56,746 nt of DNA from Candidatus Zambryskiibacteriota bacterium (GCA_048499675.1 JASNZL010000001.1:1-56746), one strand, 5' to 3'; shown: positions 38,583 to 47,887, numbered from the stretch's first letter. The notes: generated by a model from the sequence alone, not told the origin. Numbers and translations are program-made.

Positions 38583-39368
38583 CTAATCTTTATCCGATCT
38601 TCTTGCTCCAGCATAATAAACCGTAACCAAAGAAGAAAAAACTATCGCCTGAACCAAACCAAAGAGAAGTGACATAGACATCCATATTGTGGGCACCATA
38701 AACGCAATCGCCCCAAAGATAATGACCATCAAAACTTCTCCAGCATAAACATTACCAAATAAACGCAAAGAAAGCGATACCACTTTTGCCATCTCTGAAA
38801 TTATATCAAGTAACCCTATACCAAAATTAATCAATGACATCGCACCCTCTTTTAATCCTTTTTTGAATCCATTAAAAACTTCTCCCACTTGAAAGAACTT
38901 ACCCAGATATGAAAATAGCCCATAATCTTTTATTGCGAGGATATTAATAATTACTATCATGCCCAAGGCAAGACCAAATGTTGTATTGAAATCTGAAGTT
39001 GGAGACCTAAATATAGAAACACCATTATAATTAATACTAGCGAGTCCCGGAACCATCGTAATCAAATTTGATACGACAATATAGAAAAAAATGGACGCAG
39101 ATAATGGTAGTATAAATTTTGCATTTCTTTCACCACCTGCAAGTTTTGACAAAAAATTTATTAAGGATTCATAAAAAATTTCCACTAAAGCTGTATACTT
39201 TCCATACCTTCTTTTTAGAGCAAAATTTGTGTAAATGCAAACAACTATAAAAATTATAAGGATTAAAAAAGAAAGCAAAAACGAATTTGATACAGGCCAC
39301 GAACCTATATAAAAAATAATATCTGGCGATACATCTGGTATACCTTGTTTTATTTGCAAAAAATCCAT
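38583..39368 (-). CDS. atpB: Fo ATP synthase a subunit
   Basis: The LSLRLFGNVYAGE motif with the essential Arg. Confidence 0.9.
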   Translation of the reverse strand: MDFLQIKQGIPDVSPDIIFYIGSWPVSNSFLLSFLILIIFIVVCIYTNFALKRRYGKYTALVEIFYESLINFLSKLAGGERNAKFILPLSASIFFYIVVSNLITMVPGLASINYNGVSIFRSPTSDFNTTFGLALGMIVIINILAIKDYGLFSYLGKFFQVGEVFNGFKKGLKEGAMSLINFGIGLLDIISEMAKVVSLSLRLFGNVYAGEVLMVIIFGAIAFMVPTIWMSMSLLFGLVQAIVFSSLVTVYYAGARRSDKD

Positions 39369-39372
39369 TTTA

Positions 39373-39684
39373 TTATTGTTTGTTTATAGATTTTGAATCT
39401 CCACCTTCTTTAATTTGAGTATTAAGATTCTTCAACTCGTTATTTATGTTTCTGAATCTAAAAATAAAAATGACCCAACCCAAAATAAAAGATGGTATAA
39501 GAACAAAAATCCAAACATAAGTTCCAAGTTCAAATTTTGAAATCAAATATTTTCCCAAAAAATATGCTCCGAAAGCTGGAATTCCAAATATAGCAAAAAT
39601 TTCAAAAATTAATGTATGGGCCTTTTTTCTCAAAATCTCCCTCCTTTCTTTTAGAATATCTATATTATCATTCATAACGAACAA
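39373..39684 (-). CDS. AtpI/AtpZ-like small membrane protein at the head of the atp operon
   Basis: Two TM helices, immediately upstream of atpB. Confidence 0.55.
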   Translation of the reverse strand: MFVMNDNIDILKERREILRKKAHTLIFEIFAIFGIPAFGAYFLGKYLISKFELGTYVWIFVLIPSFILGWVIFIFRFRNINNELKNLNTQIKEGGDSKSINKQ

Positions 39685-39719
39685 AAATCATTGTATTGTT
39701 TTTTTGAATAAAGTCAAAG

Positions 39720-40265
39720 TTATAAATCACTTCTAGCATCTTTCTTGAACTCGTTTTGTAGTTTTACCATTAGCGACCTTGCTTCCTCTGGATAATACGC
39801 ATCTTTAATAACAATCTCTCTATGACTTCCAGCAGTTTGAACATGCAAAGTCCCAAACTTAAACAAGGTTTCTATAAACCCTCTTGTTTCTACTGTTATA
39901 TCTTGAATTCGTTCATATGAAAGACTTGTAACTTCTCTATGAAAGAAACCTTTTTGTTCAACATCTATAACTCTCTTGTTTGTAATAACCCAGATATCCA
40001 AATAGTAATCAGTCCACTCAATGAAAAATATAGTCCATAAGAACAACGCCCAAAGAGAATATCCGAAGTATTTTAAGTCAGCCACCACATCTCTAATTCG
40101 ACTAACAAGTTCTGGATCAAGAGCCAAAAAATCTGAAACCAAAAAAAGAACAATTACTATCGGCGCCAAAAGTCCCAAAAGTATTGTCGTTACAAAAGGC
40201 AATATAACAAAATAATGTCTTCTTACGATTTTTATTACTTCTTCTCCTTCTTCAAATTTAATCAT
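39720..40265 (-). CDS. Membrane protein with a bacterial PH (YdbS/YdbT-like) domain
   Basis: Two N-terminal TM helices, then ITNKRVIDVEQKGFFHREVTSLSYERIQDITVE, which is typical of bPH_2 domains. Confidence 0.65.
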   Translation of the reverse strand: MIKFEEGEEVIKIVRRHYFVILPFVTTILLGLLAPIVIVLFLVSDFLALDPELVSRIRDVVADLKYFGYSLWALFLWTIFFIEWTDYYLDIWVITNKRVIDVEQKGFFHREVTSLSYERIQDITVETRGFIETLFKFGTLHVQTAGSHREIVIKDAYYPEEARSLMVKLQNEFKKDARSDL

Positions 40266-40371
40266 CCCGTTAAAGTTTAAATTATTTTATAAAATTACTT
40301 AATATATTTATCCGCATAATACCATTTTGTCTTAATTGTCTTTTTGTAAAACTCTAACGGGATTATTCTAA

Positions 40372-40590
40372 TCAGGGTAAATTAAAAAATGCTACAGTAA
40401 GCAACACGACTGATACTGTGAGGTATATCGTTTCTGCCATAGCTAATTTGGCTCCACCCATTCCATATTTTTTCCAATGAAAAAACATTATGATTGTGGC
40501 TCCTGCACAAAACAATACCACAAACAAAAAAACTAGAGTTGCTATTGTGTTTCCATTTAAAAAAATGCTCGGAATACCAAAATTATTCAT
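40372..40590 (-). CDS. 72-aa two-TM membrane protein
   Basis: The start is set at ATG 40590 (MNNFGIPS...). The longer ORF to 40716 runs through a GC-rich structured segment and a terminator. Confidence 0.55.
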   Translation of the reverse strand: MNNFGIPSIFLNGNTIATLVFLFVVLFCAGATIIMFFHWKKYGMGGAKLAMAETIYLTVSVVLLTVAFFNLP

Positions 40591-40615
40591 ATCTAAATTA
40601 TACCAAACAAAATAA

Positions 40616-40750
40616 AAAGAAAAAGGCACCAAGAGGCGCCTTGTTGGTTGGGGGTTGGACGGCAGGTAAATAGCCCAACCCCCACGACCGAGAACCGAGC
40701 CGTTGGCTCTCGGCAAACGAGAGGCGAACTATGAGGAAACACCTCTCCTT
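40616..40750 (-). ncRNA. Candidate ~135-nt structured RNA (sRNA or riboswitch-like leader) of unknown class
   Basis: Minus-strand promoter TTGACT-N17-ATAAAT (40757-40785). A GC-rich segment has a 10-bp stem (tgggggttgg/ccaaccccca) and alternative ccgaga/tctcgg and gagcc/ggctc hairpins. The terminator ggcgcc-tctt-ggtgcc plus a T-run lies at 40616-40640. Confidence 0.5.
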
Positions 40751-40881
40751 GTTATTATTTATACCAAAAGACATCTTTTAGTCAATCATATATGAATATT
40801 AGTTATTTTTTATCAGATATGATTTAATTAAAATAGAAAGGAGGAGTACTATCGAGTAGTCAGGGTACTTCAAAGGGCGAC

Positions 40882-40918
40882 AAAAAGGGAGAATCTTGTC
40901 ACAGGTTTCTCCCTTTTT
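40882..40918 (-). terminator. Terminator after dus
   Basis: The sequence aaaaagggagaa-N13-ttctcccttttt, immediately after the stop at 40922. Confidence 0.7.
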
Positions 40919-40921
40919 AAT

Positions 40922-41983
40922 TCATTTTTGATTTAAGTACTCATTTACCACAAGAGACACCTCTTTTGAATTATTTGTTTCCATAAGCTTAACTCGCAAT
41001 TCTTTGGCGCCGTTAAATCCTTCTACATACGCTTTGAAATGTTTCTTCATTACAGCAAAACTTTTTCCCTGTCCTTTTGGAGGTCTCGGTTCTACAAGCT
41101 CTTCAAAAAGTTTTGAATGCTCTACAAGCACCTTTAACTTTTCTTCTACCGTTGGAATGTGGCCCGAAAAAAGCCACGGATTACCAAAGATTGCTCTCCC
41201 GAGCATCACCCCATCACAACCAGTCTCTTTAGCTTTCATCTGAGCGTCTGCTATACCCACAACATCGCCGTTTCCAAAAATCAGAGTCTTTTTTTCTCGT
41301 GACTCGTACATCGTATCTCGTATTTCTACTGCCCTTTTGATATGTTCCCATCTTGCTGGAACAAGTGACATTTCTTTGCGAGTGCGCGCATGTATTGTGA
41401 TTACTGCTGGTTCGGTTTCCAAAAGATTTGGCAACCACTCTTCCAGTTCGTCTTTGTTATAACCAATTCTGGTTTTAACAGAAACCGGTATTCCCAAGGT
41501 CTGACCTTTGGAACCTTTTTTAAGGTCAGACCTTTGCGCCCCCTGCTTGGCTGCCAAAATTATTTCTTTGGCTAAGTTAGGATTTTTTATAAGCGAAGCT
41601 CCTGCTCCCTGCTTCTCTACACTTTTATCTGGACAACCCATATTTATATCTATTCCATCAAAACCAAGCTCCACCGCGAGTCTAGATGCTTTTTCCATCA
41701 TCTCTGGCTTGCTTGTAAAAAATTGAGCAATTATTGGTCTTTCTTCCTCCGTAAAAGATAAATCATTTATAAGCGCATCATAACCACCCAAAAAAAGTCC
41801 ATCCGCAGACACAAACTCAGTCCAAGTCACATATCGATTTTGTTCAAAATTATTTTTATTGTTTTTAGAATACTTGGCAATAATCTGCCTAAAAGCTCTA
41901 TCTGTCACATCTGCCATTGGTGCAAGGCAAAGTATTGGCTTTTCCTTTTTTTCTTCCTTTAATTTTTGCCAAATCTTTTTCAT
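40922..41983 (-). CDS. dus: tRNA-dihydrouridine synthase
   Basis: LAPMADVTDRAFR, DINMGCP and the TIM-barrel Dus pattern with GNGD. Confidence 0.9.
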   Translation of the reverse strand: MKKIWQKLKEEKKEKPILCLAPMADVTDRAFRQIIAKYSKNNKNNFEQNRYVTWTEFVSADGLFLGGYDALINDLSFTEEERPIIAQFFTSKPEMMEKASRLAVELGFDGIDINMGCPDKSVEKQGAGASLIKNPNLAKEIILAAKQGAQRSDLKKGSKGQTLGIPVSVKTRIGYNKDELEEWLPNLLETEPAVITIHARTRKEMSLVPARWEHIKRAVEIRDTMYESREKKTLIFGNGDVVGIADAQMKAKETGCDGVMLGRAIFGNPWLFSGHIPTVEEKLKVLVEHSKLFEELVEPRPPKGQGKSFAVMKKHFKAYVEGFNGAKELRVKLMETNNSKEVSLVVNEYLNQK

Positions 41984-42117
41984 AATTATTAAACCAAAAT
42001 AACATAAAATGTGGTTAATTTAAAATTAACCCACCAATCTACGAACAACATAAATTAAAAGTGTAAAAATCAAAATTAAAAATTAAGAAAAATAAAGATT
42101 AAAAATACAAATTTAAA

Positions 42118-42585
42118 GGCGCCCGTACGGACGGACGCCTGAATCTTTTGTGGCCTTTTTCTTTTTTTTACAGGGTACCTCCCCGTGAGGCCTAAGGGTG
42201 AGACAGTGAGCTCACTTGCACCTCAGGTCGCGATTGTTTTTTTCCTCCACACTTTCGTGCGGAAATTCATTTTTTCTCCTTTCCGGTGTTACGTGCTAGT
42301 TGTTACTGCAACGCACACCTGTTGATGAAGGCTCGCGGGGGAATGTCGGCATAACGCCTGCCCCCGCCGCCGTTCAGTTGGCCGGCGCGGTCGCAGCAGT
42401 CGAATTCCGGTTCATTTTTTCAATCTTACACCCGAGATTCCCAGGCGGTGCATGAATGTGCCTCATACGGCCTCCTTTGAGTGGGGGCTCACAAAACCTC
42501 CCCCAACTCGTCTTTCATAAGTATAGCATAGTCTGGGATTATGTCAACCCCGTTAGAGATTTTGTGTAGGTGTGTGCCAGATAAA
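42118..42585 (-). ncRNA. Candidate ~460-nt GC-rich structured RNA of unknown class
   Basis: No ORF of 60 aa or more in any frame. GC content is far above the surroundings. A minus-strand promoter lies at 42591-42619. There are many hairpins, including cac-GAAA-gtg, cggaaa/tttccg and ggggg...ccccc. The terminal hairpin at 42118-42139 is followed by a T-rich run on the minus strand. Confidence 0.5.
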
Positions 42586-42654
42586 CTTTATTTATAGCCA
42601 TATTTACGAAGTCTCGCAAAAGTGAGTGAATGTAAATCTCTAACGGGGCAACCC
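42543..42654 (-). repeat. Copy B of the 112-nt intergenic repeat
   Basis: 96/112 identical to 42-153. A perfect 14-bp inverted repeat (42548-42561 and 42635-42648) brackets the promoter core. Confidence 0.8.
42591..42619 (-). promoter_or_regulatory. Candidate sigma70-type promoter, TTGCGA-N17-TATAAA
   Basis: The hexamers and spacing are conserved with copy A. It points into the GC-rich candidate RNA. Confidence 0.55.
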
Positions 42655-42717
42655 CTATATACCTATATTGTTTAGATTATCAGGCGCGACTGTATATTTC
42701 AAAAAATAACATCTCGA

Positions 42718-45141
42718 CTATTTCTCTTCCAAATCCTTTCTGTCAACAAGTATTCTACTCCCAGCCGAAACTTCCCCACTCACTATTCTCCTAGCAACTA
42801 AATCTTCTATTTTATTCTGCACAATTCTGTTTATTTCCCTTCCACCAAACTCACCACCTTTTGCCTCGTCTACCAAATAATTAATTGCCTCATCGGTTAA
42901 TGTGAGTTCTATATCTTTTTCATAAAGTCTTTGTCGGAGTTTATCAACCGCCATTATAGACACGTCTTTGAGTTCATCTCTGTCTAGCGGATGGAACAAA
43001 ATGACCCCATCAAATCTGTTTATAAGCTCTGGTTTAAATATACTTTCTTTTATTATTTTATTTATTATTTCATCTTTTTTATCATCCAAACTATTTCCCG
43101 ATTTTACAGCATCCCAAATATACTGACTGCCTGCATTTGATGTTGCAATTATAATCAAGTTTCTACACATCACCTGTTTTCCAGTTGCATCCGTAAAAAT
43201 CCCTTCGTCCAAAACTTGCAAGAACAAATCCAAAACATCAGAAGAAGATTTCTCCAATTCATCCAAAAGCAAAACACTATACGGGTTGTCTCTTATTTTA
43301 CTTGCCAAGAGTCCTGATTTATTGAGTGCAAAATCTCCAATCAATCTTCCTATAGCATCCACTCCACTGTATTCAGACATATCAAATCTAATCATATTTT
43401 TTTCGTCACCAAAAAAACTTTCTGCCAAAGCTTTTGAAACTTCTGTCTTCCCAACACCAGTCGGACCAATAAAAAGAAAAGATGAAATTGGTCTTTTTGA
43501 ATTGGCTACACCAGATCTCGCTCGTCTTATTGCACTCGTGATTCCTTTTACTGCAAGGTCCTGCCCCACAATTCTCTTATGAATTAATGCTTCCAAATTC
43601 TCAATTTTGAAAGCTTCACTTTCTTTTATTTCCCCAGTCGTTATCCCTGTTTTTTTGGAAACAAAATCAGATACTAGAGACTCGGTAATAATCGCAACTC
43701 CTCTCTCTCTAGCCCATGGCGCAATTTCCACCATCATATCTATCGCCTTGGATGGCATTTCACCATATGAAATATATTTGATAGCAGAGTTTGCTATAGC
43801 CAAAATAGAAGGATAAGAGAAAATAGTACCGTACTGATTTTCTATACTAGGAAGTTGCTCAAGAAGTGGTGGAATAGAGGACTCGACTCCAGCCGTATCT
43901 GGGATAATCCTTTCAAACTTTTGCAATAAGTTAACATTTGTTTCTATAAAAAAGTGGAAGTCTGCATTTGTGGCTGATGCAATAATCTGTATCGCACCAG
44001 AATTTAAGTATGGGAATAAAATAGTACCCATATTAATACCATAACCCTTGACGCTAGATATAAAACTTGGCAAATCTCTTATATAAAGAATGATGTTACC
44101 AGCAGTGACGGCTTCGTTGAACAATTTTATGATTTCTCTTTCTAAATCTGTTTTATTTTTGAAAGATGCAGTCAAACTAATCCAATCAAGTTCAATTACA
44201 TTTTTATGCTCTATACTAGGTGGAGAAATACCAAGCTTTATTTTTTTTACCAATCTCCCAACAATGTCTCTAGAAACATTTTCGTCGTCGTCAATAATAA
44301 TTGTATTAGCATCTTGTCGTTTTTCTAGCACACTCTCAAGCAAATTTATTTCTCGCTCTCGGTAGCCATTTTCTATATCCAATGATGATACGTCTGAAAT
44401 TCGCTCAAAAAGAGTTCCGAATTTACCCAAATCAGAAGTGGTTCCATAGGACCAACTGGTCCCAATCGAAGGAATCCGGCCTAAATTTTCTCTACCCCAA
44501 AATCTATTCTTTCGCCTCTTCTTTTCTTCTCTATTCATAATCCATTCAACTGTGCCCAAAAATTCCTCACGATTGATTGAGTTTTTGGAAAGAAATGATT
44601 TTAATTCTTTATCAAAATCATAAACCACACTCAAATACTCTGATAAATTAACGGTTTGGCTATCAAAATTTAAAGTCGAGGCAATAAGAGGCGACCTACT
44701 GTTTGATAAGAAGTTAACAATAGAATCAGACGGTATTCCCAACCTAAGCATAATCTGTAATCCAATTCTACTTTCAAATAGAGCTCTAGAGACATCAATC
44801 TCATCTGTTTTAAAAATCAGATCAGAAAGGGAATAATCTATTGTAGTATCTCTATCCAAAGATTTCTCCTCCACAAAAACCTGAATGCCTTCGTTTAGCA
44901 TTGATCTATAAAAAACCTCAATAAAAAAGAAAATCAAATATACGAATACAAAAATAAAAAACAAACCGTCGGTACTTACAGAAATGAGCGAAGGAAAATA
45001 AAATGAAATCACAAATGATATGAGAGCCAGAAAGATGCTTCCGGATCTAAACAAATCACGAATTTTTTTGGACAAGAAATTATCTATTATTAGACAATAA
45101 TAGTGCGGTCTTGATATTTCTTGTAATTTTCTAAATGTCAT
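42718..45141 (-). CDS. Membrane-anchored ClpA/B/C-family AAA+ protein with a degenerate first nucleotide-binding domain
   Basis: A canonical D2 (FIGPTGVGKTE, LLLDELEK, ATSN). Two N-terminal TM helices. The D1-equivalent region lacks Walker A and B. Confidence 0.75.
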   Translation of the reverse strand: MTFRKLQEISRPHYYCLIIDNFLSKKIRDLFRSGSIFLALISFVISFYFPSLISVSTDGLFFIFVFVYLIFFFIEVFYRSMLNEGIQVFVEEKSLDRDTTIDYSLSDLIFKTDEIDVSRALFESRIGLQIMLRLGIPSDSIVNFLSNSRSPLIASTLNFDSQTVNLSEYLSVVYDFDKELKSFLSKNSINREEFLGTVEWIMNREEKKRRKNRFWGRENLGRIPSIGTSWSYGTTSDLGKFGTLFERISDVSSLDIENGYREREINLLESVLEKRQDANTIIIDDDENVSRDIVGRLVKKIKLGISPPSIEHKNVIELDWISLTASFKNKTDLEREIIKLFNEAVTAGNIILYIRDLPSFISSVKGYGINMGTILFPYLNSGAIQIIASATNADFHFFIETNVNLLQKFERIIPDTAGVESSIPPLLEQLPSIENQYGTIFSYPSILAIANSAIKYISYGEMPSKAIDMMVEIAPWARERGVAIITESLVSDFVSKKTGITTGEIKESEAFKIENLEALIHKRIVGQDLAVKGITSAIRRARSGVANSKRPISSFLFIGPTGVGKTEVSKALAESFFGDEKNMIRFDMSEYSGVDAIGRLIGDFALNKSGLLASKIRDNPYSVLLLDELEKSSSDVLDLFLQVLDEGIFTDATGKQVMCRNLIIIATSNAGSQYIWDAVKSGNSLDDKKDEIINKIIKESIFKPELINRFDGVILFHPLDRDELKDVSIMAVDKLRQRLYEKDIELTLTDEAINYLVDEAKGGEFGGREINRIVQNKIEDLVARRIVSGEVSAGSRILVDRKDLEEK

Positions 45142-45142
45142 A

Positions 45143-45544
45143 CTAAATAATAAAAAAAGTTACCGCTAAAACTAAACACCCGAGTAATACTATCGGGACC
45201 AAAATCCAAATAAAAAAGACAGTTATCCCAATTAGAGTAACGACCAGATAAGACACAAATCCTATAAATATAATTATTGACCGTGTCAAAAAACCAACAA
45301 ATCTCATTAAAGTGTTTACAACCAAAGTTGAAGCTATGGCGCCCAAATTAAATGTCCCATCGTATGATTCTCCTAATCTTTTCCAAGGAGAAAAAAGTGT
45401 TCGGATCAGAAGTTTAAATGAGAAAAAATGCGACACGAACCAAAGAAAATTGGATACAACTCCAATAAACTCTCTTATACCTTTCCCGTAGTGCCATTTT
45501 ATATAGGCAACAAAAATTTGATCTCTGTCATATGCTTCAGACAT
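45143..45544 (-). CDS. Hypothetical membrane protein, likely co-transcribed with the Clp-like gene
   Basis: Three to four TM helices. Its stop lies 1 nt before the Clp-like start. Confidence 0.5.
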   Translation of the reverse strand: MSEAYDRDQIFVAYIKWHYGKGIREFIGVVSNFLWFVSHFFSFKLLIRTLFSPWKRLGESYDGTFNLGAIASTLVVNTLMRFVGFLTRSIIIFIGFVSYLVVTLIGITVFFIWILVPIVLLGCLVLAVTFFII

Positions 45545-45563
45545 ATCTTTATTATAGCAAAAA

Positions 45564-46397
45564 TTAATCAGTTAATATTTTATAATACATTTTGTTTCCA
45601 AATCTTGAATCAACATATTCAAAAGATACATCCTCTTCATTTCTAAGCTCACTTATTAAAACTACTGCATTTTGTAACTGACTTTCCAAATCTTCTTCGG
45701 GATTTAGAATAATCAATCCTACACCTGTACTAAGTGTGAGTTTGTTAGATGCTTCTAATTCCAAAGATACCAAATCAAATGGTAGATTTTTAAAATAATC
45801 AATAACACCTAAAAACTTGTTCATCAAACCTTCCTCCGAATAATATTTCAAAATAGGGTCACTACTTACATTCCCTTTAAATATTATTTTCCCTAGTAAA
45901 TCTATTTGGTCTGCTTTACTAAATATCAATCCGTTTTTACTCATCAAATAACATTCGTTCTCTCTCGTGCACCAAATAAAATCCCCAACCCTTTCATTTA
46001 TTTCTATTTCTAAAATGTTGTTTAATTTTTTTGTTATATCCACACTCTCTATTCTAGGAAATGAATCGAGGATGATCTTCTCCAAGTTATCTTTACTTAA
46101 AAACAAATAATTTGTATTTGGCACAAAAAGGAATCTTTTTTGGGACATAAAAGATTCAGTAACAACAACCACTTCTTCTGGTAAAACCTCTTTGTTGCCA
46201 ACAACAGAAACTTGTTCAATTTGTAAAAAATCAGATCTGATCAAGAAAAAAATCGAAATTAAAAAAATCAAAGGTAATCCTATTTTTACTGAAATAAAAA
46301 ATATATGCTTTAATTTTCTCCTCCTACCTATTCTAGTTGAAGCTTTTTTGTATCTACTTCCAAATTGCATTTTTAAATTATACAACATAGCTCGCAA
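45564..46397 (-). CDS. ftsQ: FtsQ/DivIB-like cell division protein (POTRA)
   Basis: Basic N-terminus, one TM helix, then a POTRA-like segment LQIEQVSVVGNKEV... Confidence 0.6.
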   Translation of the reverse strand: MRAMLYNLKMQFGSRYKKASTRIGRRRKLKHIFFISVKIGLPLIFLISIFFLIRSDFLQIEQVSVVGNKEVLPEEVVVVTESFMSQKRFLFVPNTNYLFLSKDNLEKIILDSFPRIESVDITKKLNNILEIEINERVGDFIWCTRENECYLMSKNGLIFSKADQIDLLGKIIFKGNVSSDPILKYYSEEGLMNKFLGVIDYFKNLPFDLVSLELEASNKLTLSTGVGLIILNPEEDLESQLQNAVVLISELRNEEDVSFEYVDSRFGNKMYYKILTD

Positions 46398-46570
46398 AAT
46401 ATCTTTTTGCTTTCTGTTGTAAAATTATCTAAGTATTGTGATTAAATTATAGAGAAATTTTTATAATCTCTCTCGACACTTTTATACCAAACATAAACTC
46501 ATTTCTCTATTTGAAAATTGAAAGTAGTATCAATTTTATTTATTTTTAGAAATTAGAATAATTAGGTTAA

Positions 46571-47887
46571 TTAAACTAATTTAATCTTATCTCTCCCTCC
46601 CATATAAGATCTTAAAACATCAGGTATTGTTATTGAACCATCTTTATTTTGATAATTCTCCATTATTGCAATCATTATTCTGCCCATAGCCATAGCTGTT
46701 GCATCATTCATATGCACGTGCTCAATCTCACCACTCTTTCTTTTTACTCTAGTATTTAGTCTCCTAGCTTGAAAGCCTTGCATTAAGTCGGATGTATGAG
46801 TCTCTCTGTATTTATTTTGACTAGGTATCCAGCACTCAACATCAATCTGTCTATGATCAGGACCGCCCATATCGCCAGTACAAACCGAAACAACCTGATG
46901 TGGTATTTTTAATTTCCTTAATAAATATTCCTGAATAGCAACCAAAAAATCTTGTTCTTTGTAGGAATTCTCTGGTAAACAAAAAGTTTCCATTTCTGCT
47001 TTATCAAACTGATGTTGTCGCAGTATTCCTTTTGTGTCTTTCCCGTAACTTCCTGCTTCTCGTCTCATGGCAACCGAATATCCAATATATCTTTTTGGGA
47101 GTTCACTCTCATCTAATATTTCATCCATATGCAATGGACCGAGTGTGTGTTCTGCGCTTCCCACAAAAACCATATCGTCTTTTTCAAAATAATATCTCTC
47201 ATCTAATGGCTCTAGTCTTGCCATTTTGTTCATAACACCAGATTTCATCATAATTGGAGGGAATACCGGCACAAAAGGCTTTATTGAAACCACTAGGTTT
47301 GCCTCGTCTGCAACAACTTTTAATTTTTCTTCATCGGTTACGACACTAAAAAGAAAATTAAGAAGCCCAAGTTGGAGCATTGCGAGATCTCCCATTATAT
47401 AAGTAAATCTCGCGCCCGAAACCTCACTCGCTTTTTCTGAATTAATTATTCCAAGCTCTCTGCCTAAATCCGCATGGTCTCTTGGTTCAAAATTAAATTT
47501 TGTTTTTTCACCCCAAGATCTTATTACTTTATTTCCGCTCTCATCCGGACCAACTGGAGTATCTACAGAAGGAATATTTGGAACTTTCATCATAAGGACA
47601 AACCATTTTTTTGTAACCTCCTTTAGCTTTTCTTCCTTTTCTTGTAATCCAACCTTTAGAGTTTGCATCTTTTCTATTATTAAATCTCTTTCTGCCGGGG
47701 AAGTAGCGCTTGCAATTTTTTTGCTATTTTCATTCTGTTCACTTCTATCTTTTTCTACCGAGCTTAAAATTTCTCTTCTTATGTCGTCGAGTCTCAAAAG
47801 CTCATCAATATCCACCTCAATTTTTTTCTTTGAAGCTGAATCTTTGACTATATCCGCATTTTCTCTTATGAATTTTATATCAAGCAT
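46571..47887 (-). CDS. serS: Seryl-tRNA synthetase
   Basis: N-terminal coiled-coil arm MLDIKFIRENADIV and class II motifs (FRREAGS-like MRREAGSYGKDTKGILR, TGDMG). Confidence 0.9.
   Translation of the reverse strand: MLDIKFIRENADIVKDSASKKKIEVDIDELLRLDDIRREILSSVEKDRSEQNENSKKIASATSPAERDLIIEKMQTLKVGLQEKEEKLKEVTKKWFVLMMKVPNIPSVDTPVGPDESGNKVIRSWGEKTKFNFEPRDHADLGRELGIINSEKASEVSGARFTYIMGDLAMLQLGLLNFLFSVVTDEEKLKVVADEANLVVSIKPFVPVFPPIMMKSGVMNKMARLEPLDERYYFEKDDMVFVGSAEHTLGPLHMDEILDESELPKRYIGYSVAMRREAGSYGKDTKGILRQHQFDKAEMETFCLPENSYKEQDFLVAIQEYLLRKLKIPHQVVSVCTGDMGGPDHRQIDVECWIPSQNKYRETHTSDLMQGFQARRLNTRVKRKSGEIEHVHMNDATAMAMGRIMIAIMENYQNKDGSITIPDVLRSYMGGRDKIKLV

Noticed and set aside
40591-40716. N-terminal 42-aa extension of the small membrane protein ORF
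   Set aside because: The extension runs through a terminator hairpin and a GC-rich structured segment and has an Arg/Pro/Gly-rich composition. The internal ATG at 40590 begins the hydrophobic protein.
42118-42540. Possibility that the GC-rich block is RNase P RNA, tmRNA, SRP RNA or an rRNA fragment
   Set aside because: I could not find the universal RNase P P4 strings, tRNA-like acceptor/T-arm ends with an alanine-rich tag frame, or a GGAA-capped SRP helix 8 on either strand. It is therefore left as unclassified rather than named.
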